DNA of 64,000 nucleotides from positions 5,456,001 through 5,520,000 of the forward strand of contig OZ176055.1 of the NCBI GenBank assembly GCA_964247055.1, written 5' to 3'. The first letter of the stretch is position 1, and every line of letters starts with the position of its first letter. The notes under the pieces are model-generated. The model was not told the DNA's origin. It saw nothing but the letters and a program-made list of their open reading frames with translations, and searched no databases. Source of the DNA: Paragordius varius (taxonomy: Eukaryota; Animalia; Nematomorpha). Both the position numbers and the translations under genes were made by a program. Shown one piece after another: positions 1 to 12,427 of this stretch.

Positions 1-402
1 ACTATTTTTATACCCATATTTCTTATTCTAAGTTTTTTTCTATGATTGTCATATGAGTTAGTGCATATTTTAAATAACCAGTGGAAGTTTATATCTTTAT
101 TATTATTTTAAATCTCTCTTGGGCAAATATTACCATATAAGACTCCAAATCTAAAAGTTATTTAAGGTGGCGTAAAATGTAAATTTTTTAATTAAAAATA
201 ATTTAGATTTAAATTTGTGTCATTTAAACCTGTTAAATATTTATAATAACCAATAAAAACTATAATATATCAGATCTTTCCCATTTCATCCGCTCTCATC
301 AAAAACCTTAGATTTAAATTTTACTATAATCTCATAATTCTAACGCACCGATTAAATCATGATAATTATTTAATAAAAAATATTTTTTTTTCATTTTTTT
401 AG

Positions 403-3400
403 GTTGAAACGAATATTTTTCGAACCCTTCCCCCCAGTGAAAATCAAGAATTTGATCCTGATGAAGATGACCCGGCTCAAGAGGCATCTTGGCCACACAT
501 TCAAGTAGGCTCTTTTGAGTTTTTTTTATAAATTTTATTTATATTGAGTTTTTTTGTTAATTTTAGCTAAATATTAAATTGAATTTAATAATATTAGTCA
601 AACAAATAAATCATATGTAATTCTCATAAAAAAAGCAAAAATTTTTAAATCATGCAATTATATTTTTCAATGGATCAAATAAAATAAAAGAACGATAAAA
701 TAATTATTAATACATAAATTATACCTGTTTACAACATTTATATTTTTTATACTGTAAAAATCTAAATTGTAAAGTCAAACATAAAGCTTAATAATTTTTT
801 AACAAGAATACTATATTTTTTGATCCTGAAATGTATATGATAACAATTGCAAAAGTTAAATGTCTTATATTAAATAATATCATTATTCCATTTATCCAAA
901 CCTAAAAAATAAATTTTATTAATATCAAATTAATTAAGTCTTCTTTTTATGTTTTGTCCTTTTAAATTTATTTATACTGTAATTTATAGCTGGTGTACGA
1001 TTTTTTTCTCCGATTTTTGGAGTCACCAGATTTTCAGCCCACGATCGGGAAGAAATACATTGATCAAAAGTTTGTGTTGAGGGTGAGTTTTTAAAAATTT
1101 TTAATAAATGTTTGATAGATTTTATATTTTTATTTTTTAGTTGGGAACTAATATACCACTAACACCTCAAATATTCACCCTTTTACATTTTTAACTTACC
1201 CGTGAATTTGAAATCATCCTAAAACTTAATTAAGTGTTTTTAGGCTAATCTAACTCATTATTATTATGGAATATTTTTTATGGCATACTTTATCATTTAT
1301 TTCTGTGTATTAAGTTAATTACAAGTTTTATTTTATAGATAATTTTTAATTCCCAAAACATTCTTTATTTTTAGGGCAAATATCAGATTTTCGAGGGTGA
1401 TTTATAGGTGTAAATTATTACCATTTTGGAAATTAATTTTATTTTTTTTAACAAAAACAGTTAATGGAGCTCTTTGACAGCGAAGATCCAAGGGAACGAG
1501 ATTGTCTCAAAACGGTTTTGCACAGAATTTATGGAAAGTTTTTGGGGCTTCGAGCTTTTATCCGCAAACAAATCAACAACATTTTTCTGAGGTAATTAAA
1601 TTTATAATAATTTAATTAAAAAATATTTTTTCAGTCATTAACAATTTAATTATTTTTTTACGTATACATAGGTTTATATACGAAACTGAAAAGTTTAATG
1701 GGATATCCGAACTTTTAGAAATATTGGGCAGGTATTAGTTTGAATCTAATCATAATTTTTTACATTTGCTAACCTGATTTAACATATTTTTTTTTCTTTA
1801 GCAAATTTTATATATTAATATATTTTTGTTTAAAGATCGCAATATAAATTAAATTATACGCATTTTACCATTCTTTCTTTATATTTTATCATATTATACT
1901 TTTTGAATTTTATTATATAATAATTGTGTTTGATTTTATTTTTAATTATATTTCCATTTCTATTAAGTATTATAAATGGTTTTGCTCAACCGCTCAAGGC
2001 GGAACACAAACAGTTTTTAAGCAAAATCCTGATACCACTTCATAAAACTCGCCCTCTCGCCATGTTTCATCCACAGGTACAAATTAATTTGCAAATATTT
2101 TCAATTTTTTTAAATAAAACACGATTAATCTTCATATATTTAAATTTGTTACCTCAGCATGATATATCTGTTGTTAAAAAATTGAATTATTTGAGTTCAA
2201 TGTAAATTTTAGTCATTAACATTTCTTATCATATTAATATTTTAAATCAATGGTAACATAAAAAATTATTTAATATGATTTTTTAAAAATTGAAGCAATT
2301 AAAATGCCCTTAATGGGAAAATATTGTTAATTTTAGCATTTAGTTTTGTTAAGATTTTTTAAATAGAATATTTCTTTAAATGTATATTTTAATTTTATTT
2401 GGTATTTTTTTAAAAAAATTTGCGATATAGGGTCGCTTAACGCTTATATTTTTGGTTATTTAGTTGGCATATTGTATTGTACAATTTTTGGAAAAAGATC
2501 CTACCCTTACTGAAACCGTAAGATATATTTTATAATATTTTTATAAACTTTTGTGAAAGTTTTGAATTTTGTAAAAAATTATAGCCTTTATCCTTTTTCC
2601 TTTTTTCATCGGTAATATTGATTAATTTTTTGTGCATTTAAGGTTATCAAAGGATTGTTGAAATATTGGCCAAAGACTTCAAGCCAAAAAGAGGTATTAT
2701 TTGTTTTTATTTAAATCTACGTGTAAATTCGATCAATAATTCATAATAAATTACATATCCATCAAATTATGATTTATTTTAATTTTTAACATTAACTAAA
2801 ACCATTGATATCAATATTTGAATATTTTGAATATATCTAAATGAAAATTAGATTTTTAATTAAACAAAATTTGAAATTAGGTTATGTTTTTGGGGGAATT
2901 GGAAGAAATATTGGGTGTTCTAGAACCCGTGCAATTCCCGAAAATTCAAGTGCCTCTTTTCAAACAAATCGCAAAGTGTATTGCTAGTCCTCATTTTCAG
3001 GCAAATATTTTAATTTTCCATTTTTATCAGCATAACAGAATTTCTCTTATATTGATTGACCCTCGCCTTTTAAAATGTTGATAATTCAATTCTTTTCTCG
3101 TATAATATATATTTAACTTGGCTGCCATGAAATATGTTTTTTGTCAATTTTGGTTAACGCTGTTCAGTATTAAAAACATTTGGAAATCGGAAACACGCAT
3201 GATATATCAATATTTAGCCATATTTAATTAAAAAGTTCATTAAAATACATTTTATATTTTGGTTTTTTAGGTGGCTGAAAGAGCTCTCATGATGTGGAAT
3301 GATGATTATATCCTGAGTTTAATCGAAGAAAATAACGCTGTTATAATGCCCATTATGTTTCCAGCCTTGTATCGCATAAGTAAAGAACATTGGAACCAAA

Positions 3401-6400
3401 ATATCGTGGGCATGGTTTTTAATGTTCTCAAAAATTTCATGGATATGAATAGCCAATTGTTTGATCAACTTACTACAAATTACAAAAATGAAAGAAATAG
3501 GTATAATATATTGCTAATAGCTTTAAAATCGATACCTACAATGTATTTTTCTACTATTTTCGTTTTCTTACATAGGTTGTGTGTTAAAGAGAATTGTTTG
3601 TTTAGTTTTTTAATGTATTAGAAAAGCATCCTCATATTTTAAATAGTTTTTTTTATAAAATCTTAATTATTTCTGTTAGTATATCAGTTCTGACGGCTTA
3701 TTGTTTGTATATATTAGAAATGGCAATATCAAAAGTTAATTTAATCAATTTTCATTTGATATTGTGCTATCTTTTATTATATTTTGCAATACATTTTGTT
3801 TGAGAATGTCTAACTTTGAAAGAATATGTTCTTTTTTAAATAGTAATAGTGTACCAATGATGGTCTTTTGATCTGTCAAAAAGTTAGATTGTGTAACAAT
3901 AGAAGATCTGAAACATAAATCAAAATTTTATACCAAAATGTTTTTGATAAAGCATTCTTATATAAGTGGTTCGATTATTTTTTTACAAGTTGTCATTTTT
4001 AGGTATTTATAAAAATAATTAATTTATTTTTACAGTACTAAATAATAAAAATGGGCAAAATTTTTTAAAACGACGATTGGAAAAATATATCTTAATGGGA
4101 GATGGCTTTTAAATAAATATTAATAAAACATTGATCCTAAGAATATATATATCCATAAACGGTGTTATCTATGTTTTTTTAACAGTTTTAGCAGTATTAA
4201 AATGTATTTTCCATATGACTTTTAAATTTTCATTTTATAGATACTCTTAAATTTAAATATAAATTGTATACATTAATTAGTATGTAAGCACCTTAATTTA
4301 TTTTTTTATTTTAATTGAATGGAATTAGAGAAAAGGCTCGTGATAAAGAACGTGAAGAAGCTTGGCGTAAATTAGAGGGACTGTCCGTTAATGATGTTCC
4401 CCCTCACACCTCTACTATAAATAACCAGAACCAACAAGTTGGTTCTTCAAATTCCAACTCATCCAATTCCAATGCCACAAATCTGAATAGTGTAAAAAAC
4501 AGTTTAACTTTAGCCAATTCAAGCACCCTTAACTCTAATACGGTGACTGTTAGCAATAACGCTCACTTAAACTACAATAATAACAATAGTAATGTCAGGA
4601 GAGAATTTTTCAATTCCTTTCAAAATACCGCGTCTCCAAACATGTTACCAAATAATGGGACAAAGGATAACATTTCTACAAACATAAAGTCTAATACGCT
4701 TTTAGTTAACGCTCCTGTGCCACAGTCAATATTTTCCCATATCAAAGGTAGATTTTTAGATAATTTAAACTTCTAATTTTTCTCTCTGAAAGTAATCGTT
4801 AATTTTAAGTAAAAATTAGTACAATTATAAAAAACATAAAGAGTAAAATACTATATTTTTTTAATAGAACCATAATTTTGTCTTTGTTTATCTGCCTAAA
4901 ACCTATATGCTTACTTTAATAAAATATTAATGTTACCAATTTACATATCTATTCCTTAACCGAAACGATAGAATATACCAAGAAAACTCAGGGCTTAAAA
5001 AATATGGTTTAATATTAGCCTCTTACTTTGTGTTGCATTTATTTTTTTACTGTAATCTTAAAATTCATTATCACGTAGAGTGTGAACTTCTAATCGTGTC
5101 CTTGATTTTTTTATAAGCTTTAGCGAATCCCCTCTATTTTAACAGACACAAATTGACCCATCTTGTTGAATTTTTGTAAAATTTTTACCTAATCCCCTTA
5201 TATTAACAGAATCAAATTTTGACCCATCTTTATTGATTTCACGAAATCAAGCGCCAAATAGTCAGTCACAACATATTGATTTACCGCCTTTTGTTGCAAT
5301 ACCTATTATAACTAATAAAGATTTGCTTCCCACAACATTAACACCGAACAATATTAATAATTCACAAAATAACTCAACTAATGTTACGAATCCTGAAACA
5401 ATCAATAATTCCGGTTCCACGATTTCTCTCCTAAGTAATATTCAAAAAAAGTTTTGTTCTTCCACTGCCAGTGTTGGCAACCCTATCCCATATTCACCAA
5501 ACTTAACAAAGTATGTTTTTATAGGCTTAATATGAAAATACATTCAATTGTTTTGTGGCCGATAATGGTCAATGAATTCAATAAATATATTTTATAAATT
5601 TTGTTAATGTCCTTTATTCAATGATAGCATATTAAAATAGTATTCTTTCTACGTCTTCTCTAATATCGTATAATTATATACCATTTATAGCACATTTTTA
5701 CCCTTAAACAAGTCAAATTTACCCTAAAATAATTTATCTGTTTTCGAATATTAAAAATTACCTAAATTAATTTATATTTTTAAAAATAAAATTCTGTTTC
5801 ACAATACTTAAAAAACAATAGACTATGCCATAAAAAATAATTTATTATTTTAGCCCGACGTAATTTATTTTTAGGGTAAATTTGAATTGTTAGATAGTGA
5901 ATTTGAATTGTTTGAGGGTTTTGAATTGTTCAAGGGTGAATTATAAGAAATGCTATATTATGGATTGAAATTAATTATAGCGCGCTACATTTTTTATATT
6001 TTTGTGTTATTTTTATTTTATCTTTTAAAAAATATATATTATATGTTTAATTAGTGCCAATGTAGCATCACCAAATCCTACAAACATATTGACACAAACA
6101 ATAAATAACATTAAAAGTAACGTTTCCAATGTTCTTACAGGATCATCCAATACCCAAACTTCTGATGATTTGACCGCACCCTTGAAGGTAAGATTTCAAG
6201 TTATTTTGAATACATATATTTTGTTTTGGTTTTACCTTTCCAATTATGATTTCTGTTCTATTGTATTGCTTAAACGGTTCATGCCCAATCTTTTTTAAAA
6301 GATTCAAATAATTTTATACAACGTGAATATCCAAAAAATATACATGTATACAAATTAACAAATTTTATTATGCTTAAAAAATATAAGGATGGTAATAATG

Positions 6401-6585
6401 TATTTTTTGGGAACGTTTGCTATTGTGGTCGCGGTTCTTAAAATAATAATTGTTTTTTGGTTTAACCAAAATTTTAAACAAAGTTAATGGTTACGCTTCC
6501 ACGGTTCGGCTCTCATTCTTACTAACTTATAGATATTAAGTTTTTATTTTGATTTCATTTATAACAGAAACATGGATCATCCTAG
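403..6585 (+). CDS. wdb: Serine/threonine protein phosphatase 2A regulatory subunit B' (B56), widerborst/PPP2R5A-E type; 5' end lies upstream of the window
   Basis: Exons 403-504, 990-1082, 1461-1591, 1672-1731, 1968-2076, 2464-2517, 2643-2693, 2881-3000, 3271-3500, 4329-4747, 5210-5510, 6055-6187, 6568-6585 join in frame (1821 nt). They give the B56 hallmarks [77 protein letters not shown] and SPHFQVAERAL. The last four exons (low-complexity tail) are less certain. Confidence 0.95.
5679..5955. mobile_element. TA-flanked MITE with TACCATTT-type termini and 21-bp subterminal repeats (family A), intronic
   Basis: Left end TA|TACCATTT, right end AAATGCTA|TA; internal inverted arrays of the ACAATTCAAATTCACCCTTGA-like unit, the same unit as at 23720-24097. 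Confidence 0.6.
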
Positions 6586-7559
6586 CACACCTGGTTGTTC
6601 AAAAAGTTAAACTGTAAACCCAAATGCATACCCATACATAAAATGACATTTCCCAAAGGCAAATAATTTATTATTATTACCAAGGAGCTAAATATAACTT
6701 GTTTAAAGTTAATACAGAGTGCAAAAGATTTATGAAATCCATGATTGTTTTAATAAAATCTTGTTTATTAATACATTATAATTCATCTATAAGTCGCTAT
6801 TTTTTATCTCATTGTCTGTGATATTTATGGTCATTATATCACTTTAAAATAGATTTTGTCCATCATATCGTATCTTATATTCAACATTCATTAACTTTAC
6901 TGTATGTAATGCATTTTCATTTTAAATTACACCTTGAATTGCATCTTGTATTTTATTATTATTTCGGTTAATTATAATAATATTATTATTATTTATTGAT
7001 GTAAAAATGTTTGAATTATGACCAAATCAACGAAAAATTTTGGATTAGTTTGGTTTTTCATTTGTATTTAGCATATAAAATTAAACTTTCATTATTAATT
7101 ATATATATATAAGATGTGCAAGAAAAGCTTTTTGGCCTGAATTCCGACACATGGGCCAACAATAAATAATTTTACTTATTGTTACTTATTACACATTTTT
7201 CGAAAACAAACTATAATTTATAATCCATTTAATTAATAATATTATTAGCAAACAATATGGTTCTCTATAAAAATCTATTTATGACATATAAACTTGCGCA
7301 CTTATAAACACAACACACCTTTTTTCATAATCATATTATTAAAAGGCCTTATTTTCATTCTCCAAAATTGAAATAAAACCGCTTTTTATAAATAAATTAT
7401 AATAATATCTATTATTGTGTATGTTTAAACTGTTATACCTTAGTCATACTTTACCGTTTTTTAAACACGTAATTTGAAGGTTTTTATAATTAAAATAGTG
7501 TACACAGTTTGGCCATCTCTCAGGTAATTAATGTTAAGCCAGACCTGGTTGTCTTTGCA

Positions 7560-8400
7560 GCAAACCATTGGTCAAGCTATTAAACGTCTTCCAAATTAAG
7601 TGCTTCTCTGCGCGCGCGTGTCCCACTGACGCAAAGGGTAATGGTCAGATAGCCTTCAGTAAGGAGAGTGCAGAGGATGCGGCAGAATTTCCCATCGAAA
7701 AGATTTAAGGGTTTTGATGTGTGAGGCGGAGCATTATTATGTAGCAAAATCACTTTGCCATGTGCTTTCGATTTATCCATGAAAATTATTTGTTGGCGGT
7801 TTCACAGGGTCTCAAAAGTTTATAATACATAATACTCCTCAGATCCCAACAAGCAAAGAGCAGAATATTTTCCGCAAAGCGATTTAGCCGTGTTAATAGA
7901 CTGACTTGGCAAGGTAAAAGCCACGATTTTTTCCGCGGATTACAAAATAAACCCACTTCTAATCACCCGTCCCAATTTCGATGCAAATACGATTTCCTCT
8001 CGTGACATTAAAGTAGGACACAAGTCACTTTTCCTACCATTAGAAGTTCATTTAAATTTGGGACCTGTTTACCGATATTAGTCTTTCCCGTTGGTCGTAG
8101 ACGTTTACTATTGCTTTTTGTGATACGTCTATGCTTCTGCAGACTCTCGGTGAGTTTTAGTTATGGACTTTTCAGTTGTGTGGACCACAGCCCCCACTCT
8201 CTTCCATATTAGTTATAATCGATAGAGCATGTTCACCATATATCTCTGCTAGCAAACAATGACTTTCCACGCCCTTTTTTCTGATGAAACAAGAAAAGAA
8301 TGTGTGCCGTAAATGTTCTTTTCTGGCATAAAATTCGACATGATTATTCAGTGATAAAAACTGGACGCTACTTGACGGACTCAACATGTGTCGTTTATTC
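7560..8400 (-). mobile_element. Degenerate mariner (Mos1-like DD34D) transposase remnant
   Basis: Minus-strand fragments KEHLRHTFF..ESHCLLAEIYGEHALS (N-terminal HTH), TGD*KWVYF, NRFAENILLFACWD..IMYYKLLRPCET and GKVILLHNNAPPHTSK match the mariner TGDEKW, WWD and LLHDNAxPH motifs; stops and frameshifts are present. Confidence 0.85.
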
Positions 8401-8987
8401 TTTATGAACGGAATGAATCGTCTTTGTACTCACAGGCGTATTCTTTAATTAAACTCGTAATGACCGATTACATCTTACATATATTTCATCAGAATGTTTT
8501 TTGTACCCCCTGATTTTGTCCACTGTGTATATCAAGAATGCCTTAGTTAATAATTGTTAACTGGAATCATCAAAAAGATCACATGAATCTGCTCATCTGC
8601 TAATGAATTTGGTTATATGATTTTTAATTAAAACCTATCTAAAAAAATCCTGTAAGACACCATCAAGATTTGAATTATTTCAAATATATATTACAAAGTC
8701 TAGAATAAAAAGATTTTTTACAAAAATGCACATCCGTTAAAGAAGAAATTGAATTAAGATTTAAAAAGTTTTAAAGCTTTTACAGTATTTTTAATTTTTA
8801 TTACCCGTTTATTAAATAATCCATCTTTTTAAAATCCATAAAATAAAATAATTAAAACACTTGATGTGATACATTGAGATAGGCTGAAAAATCCGAAATG
8901 GAAAATAATAAACCGTTAAAATTATTCAATGAATTTTGCAAAAATAAAATGAATAAAATAAACCAAATATGTTAAAAAATGTTTTAT

Positions 8988-11824
8988 TCATTTAAGAGCC
9001 AATCTAGCTGAAGGTTGACAGGAACATGTACATCTATCATTTCTTGCTACGAATCCATTGATACAAGCTATGTTACATGGTCTACGTCCAAACAAACAGG
9101 ACCAAGCTAAATATATAAGGTTATGGTTTTATTAAGTAGTGGCTAAAAATTTATAAATTTTATATAAAAGTAGATTACTTTTGCATTTACATGTCGGACA
9201 ACCGTTGGAATCTATCAAAGTGCCAAAAGGACATTTTATACGTGGACAACGAATGGCGGGACATTTGGCTAATGCATATTATTCATGTAAAATTTCTTTA
9301 TTTATAAGATATTGATAATAATAATTAAACTATGGAGAGTTTTTTTATAGAAGTTAATATAAATCTATTTATTTCTAAACATATTTTTACTGTTGGATAT
9401 TGACAATATATAAAGATGATTTAATATATTTTGGTAGTAAACGCCATATTCGAATAATGAACCAGCGAAAGTTAATAAGCAAAAACAAAATTTAGAGAAG
9501 AATACTGCCGTCATAAACAAAGTAAGTCAACTTATTATTTTAAAGAAATAATCATAGGCACCTGTTTAATTAACGTAAAAACTCATTAGTATTCGACGAA
9601 TCGATAAACTCTAGAAAAAGATGACTGAAATGATGGAATGGCATTCTAACTATCTCTTAATTTCGCTGAAATACGTAAAAAAATAAAAGCACACATTTAA
9701 CTATTAAATTAGTTTTGGCTTACTTTTACATTGACAAATCGGACATCCATTAGGATCCGTTTCAAAACCGTAAGGACACCACAAAGCACACATATACGGT
9801 GAACATGCTAATATATAATTGTATATTCATCATAAAAAGTAAACTTAAGTATCTAACGTGAAATTACTTAAAAACATTATAAGCATTGTTTTATTTCAAT
9901 TTGATCGGTAGAAATTAATAACCAGTTAATTTTTATGACTACTTATAATCAGATTAAACAGTTTGAAAATATAAATTTAATATATTAGCCAATTTATAAT
10001 ATAAACATTTAGCAAAGTTTTGTTAGAAACATTAAACAAATCGAAATTCATTTTATTAGTATGATTAAGCAAATATTTTTCAGTCATTAAGTATTTACGT
10101 GACAAGACCTAGTTTATTTCACGATACGTTACTCTTTTTGCCAAAATTACGGTTGTCGTTTATATTATTATACAGCAGTTGTTGCCTTTCCTAAGAAATA
10201 TTTAGAGTTAATGCTTCTTATCAAACTGAAATGCAGAATATATAAGTACAAGAGTGTGATAAAAACCGCCTTAAGTCAAGCATATTTGTCATTTATTATA
10301 GTATTATCTCCAACGTACTTATTTTCCGATCCAATGTTATCACCAATTAAAGTTAAGAATAACCATGCATTTAAATAATTGTTTTGAATCGAGATTTTGA
10401 TATACAATTATAGAATATTTGTAAAACACATTTGTTTTTAGGGTCCCTTCTTAAAAAATATTTTTGAATGTAAAGAATTTGGAACAATTGTATTTGAGAG
10501 TCGATTGATTATGGTTATCCTAAGATAAACATCTTGGAGATAATTCTAAAAAGAACGTTAACATATTTTGGTCATGTCATGCGATCGAATTTTCTAGAGA
10601 AAGACACAATGTTTAAGAAAGTAGAAGAACAAAGGAAACGAGGTCGACCACCGATGAATGGTGACATGAAAAGATGAGACTAGATGGCATTGATCGAGTT
10701 GAATGTAGCGGTGAAAGATAGAAAGAAGTGGAAATCAATAAAGAAAACTATTTCCAAAAGTCTTTTACGACTTAAGAATAACCAATCAACATATTGCATA
10801 TTGTTTTAGAATGGTTATCTTTTGTATTTCATATATGTATTTTTAAATGTAAAATGATACAAAATTTAGCAAATAATCAATTACTTTGGCATTCACAGGT
10901 CTGGCAACCATTGGCATCCGTCACGTAACCATTTGGACAAGGCGAACACTTAAGCTTTGGGCAAGCTGTGTGTCAATATAGTATTTTTTAAAATTATGAG
11001 AAAAAAGTTATAATTTTTAGTACATTTGTTTTTTGTGGCTTTTATTTGCATTATAAACTTAGGTTATTCAAAAAAATTAAACTGAAACCAATTTTCGGCT
11101 AAATAGATTGAAACCGGAACTATTCCAGCAGAAAACAGTTTTTTATATATATATGGAAACTGGACCAGGGAGAGAGGTCGATACCCAATTACGAATTAAA
11201 TATTCTTTTTATTAATCGTTTGCCGTATATATTATAGGTGCTGAACACCAATAAAGAAAATGAAAAATTTAAAGATTATCAATATATATAAATTTTTTTA
11301 CACAGCCATCAAAATATATTTTAAGTAATTGGATTATGCATTAAATTACTGGTGCAGGCACAACTACATGGTGGTCTAAATGTTGATTCGGGACATGCGA
11401 TCGCTGGACATATAAGATCTGGGCATTCTATAGCATAGAAATTGAGAAAGTGGGTATATAATTAAAACCGAATTACTATTTGGTCAAATTTCGAACATTT
11501 ATCAAAACAAGGGTAAAACTCAAAAGTTACTCATATACTATCTAGTTTTTTTGTAATTTATTATCGGAATTTAGGGTTAAAAACTCTACGTCCTATTATG
11601 TTTACATTATCGAATTAACCCAAAAATTTATTTCAAATACATGTTACATCATTAAACCACTAACATAGTCAATTTTTATAATAATTTTAATGAATATTAA
11701 ATATATGCAAATACAGAAAAATTTTTATACCTAAAACTGGGAATTGACTTTGAGAATTTATACGTGGTATAATAATTAATCCGATCGCTAAACAGCAAAT
11801 AAATGGGAGAGTCCGTTGAATCAT
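8988..11824 (-). CDS. Secreted 181-aa protein with five six-cysteine antistasin-like modules (putative serine protease inhibitor)
   Basis: Exons 11824-11731, 11427-11350, 10965-10885, 9807-9724, 9268-9179, 9106-8988 (546 nt), all GT-AG and all phase 1. Product: MIQRTLPFICCLAIGLIIIPRINSQSQFPVLE-CPDLICPAIACPESTFRPPCSCACT-TCPKLKCSPCPNGYVTDANGCQTCECQ-TCSPYMCALWCPYGFETDPNGCPICQCK-TKCPAIRCPRIKCPFGTLIDSNGCPTCKCK-TWSCLFGRRPCNIACINGFVARNDRCTCSCQPSARLALK*. Modules 2-4 carry the antistasin C-P-x-G-x4-D-x-N-G-C-x2-C-x-C pattern; AATAAA overlaps the stop. Confidence 0.9.
10555..10745 (+). mobile_element. RTE-clade non-LTR retrotransposon 3' fragment inside intron 3 of the antistasin-like gene
   Basis: Translates as LTYFGHVMRSNFLEKDTMFKKVEEQRKRGRPP, resembling the YFGHxMR..LEK..M.GKxEGxRxRGR C-terminus of RTE/BovB ORFs; degenerate downstream. 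Confidence 0.7.
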
Positions 11825-12427
11825 TTTAAAAAATAATAAGTGACAAAAATAAAAAAGGATCAAAATTTAATAGTTAAGTCACATGATATTTATCAATTTT
11901 TAAACTAAATTCGATCAAAATGAAAGGTGTCACAAACAGGATTTAACAATATATGATGTCAAAAATAGCAATGACGCGCTTAAGTGGTTTCTCATTCTAA
12001 TTTAAACATCAAAATATCCTTTTTGTTTTGGAAACTTCTACAATAAAGTATAAAAACAATTTTTTTGGATGCGAATATATTTTTGACATCCATCACCAAA
12101 CAATTTTTTGTAAAGTATATTTTTATTTAGGACAACATAAAATATTTTGCATAATTTTAAATTATAGATAAAAAAAAAGGTGGAAATGCTATAATATAAA
12201 GTATATTGGTCAAAATTTGATTGGTATCTAGGTAAAAATATAAAAATAAATGCATATATATAAAACCAAGGATTCATTGTAAAATGCATGTATATAGCTA
12301 ATTTAACAAATTTATGCATATAAGTACAAGTAGATGTAAAAAATCACAGACGATGAGTATATCAGAGAAATAGTGTGAGATACAAAGTATGTGTGGATGG
12401 AATAATAAATAAAGGAATACACATATT

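Noticed and set aside
5511-5524. Possible 14-nt GT-AG micro-intron (GTATGTTTTTATAG) in the B56 tail
   Set aside because: No conserved motif requires it, and the same donor splices in phase to the exon at 6055.
7499-8530. TACACAGT / ACTGTGTA as TIRs of the mariner remnant
   Set aside because: Only 8 bp match and similarity does not extend inward, so it is insufficient to define the ends.
9391-9514. Minus-strand ATG ORF (MTAVFFSKFCFCLLTFAGS..) with a phase-1 donor, looking like a signal-peptide exon for the last two antistasin modules
   Set aside because: It lies in intron 4 of a better model with three more module exons and a cleaner signal exon at 11824-11731. It could only be an alternative first exon, for which there is no evidence.
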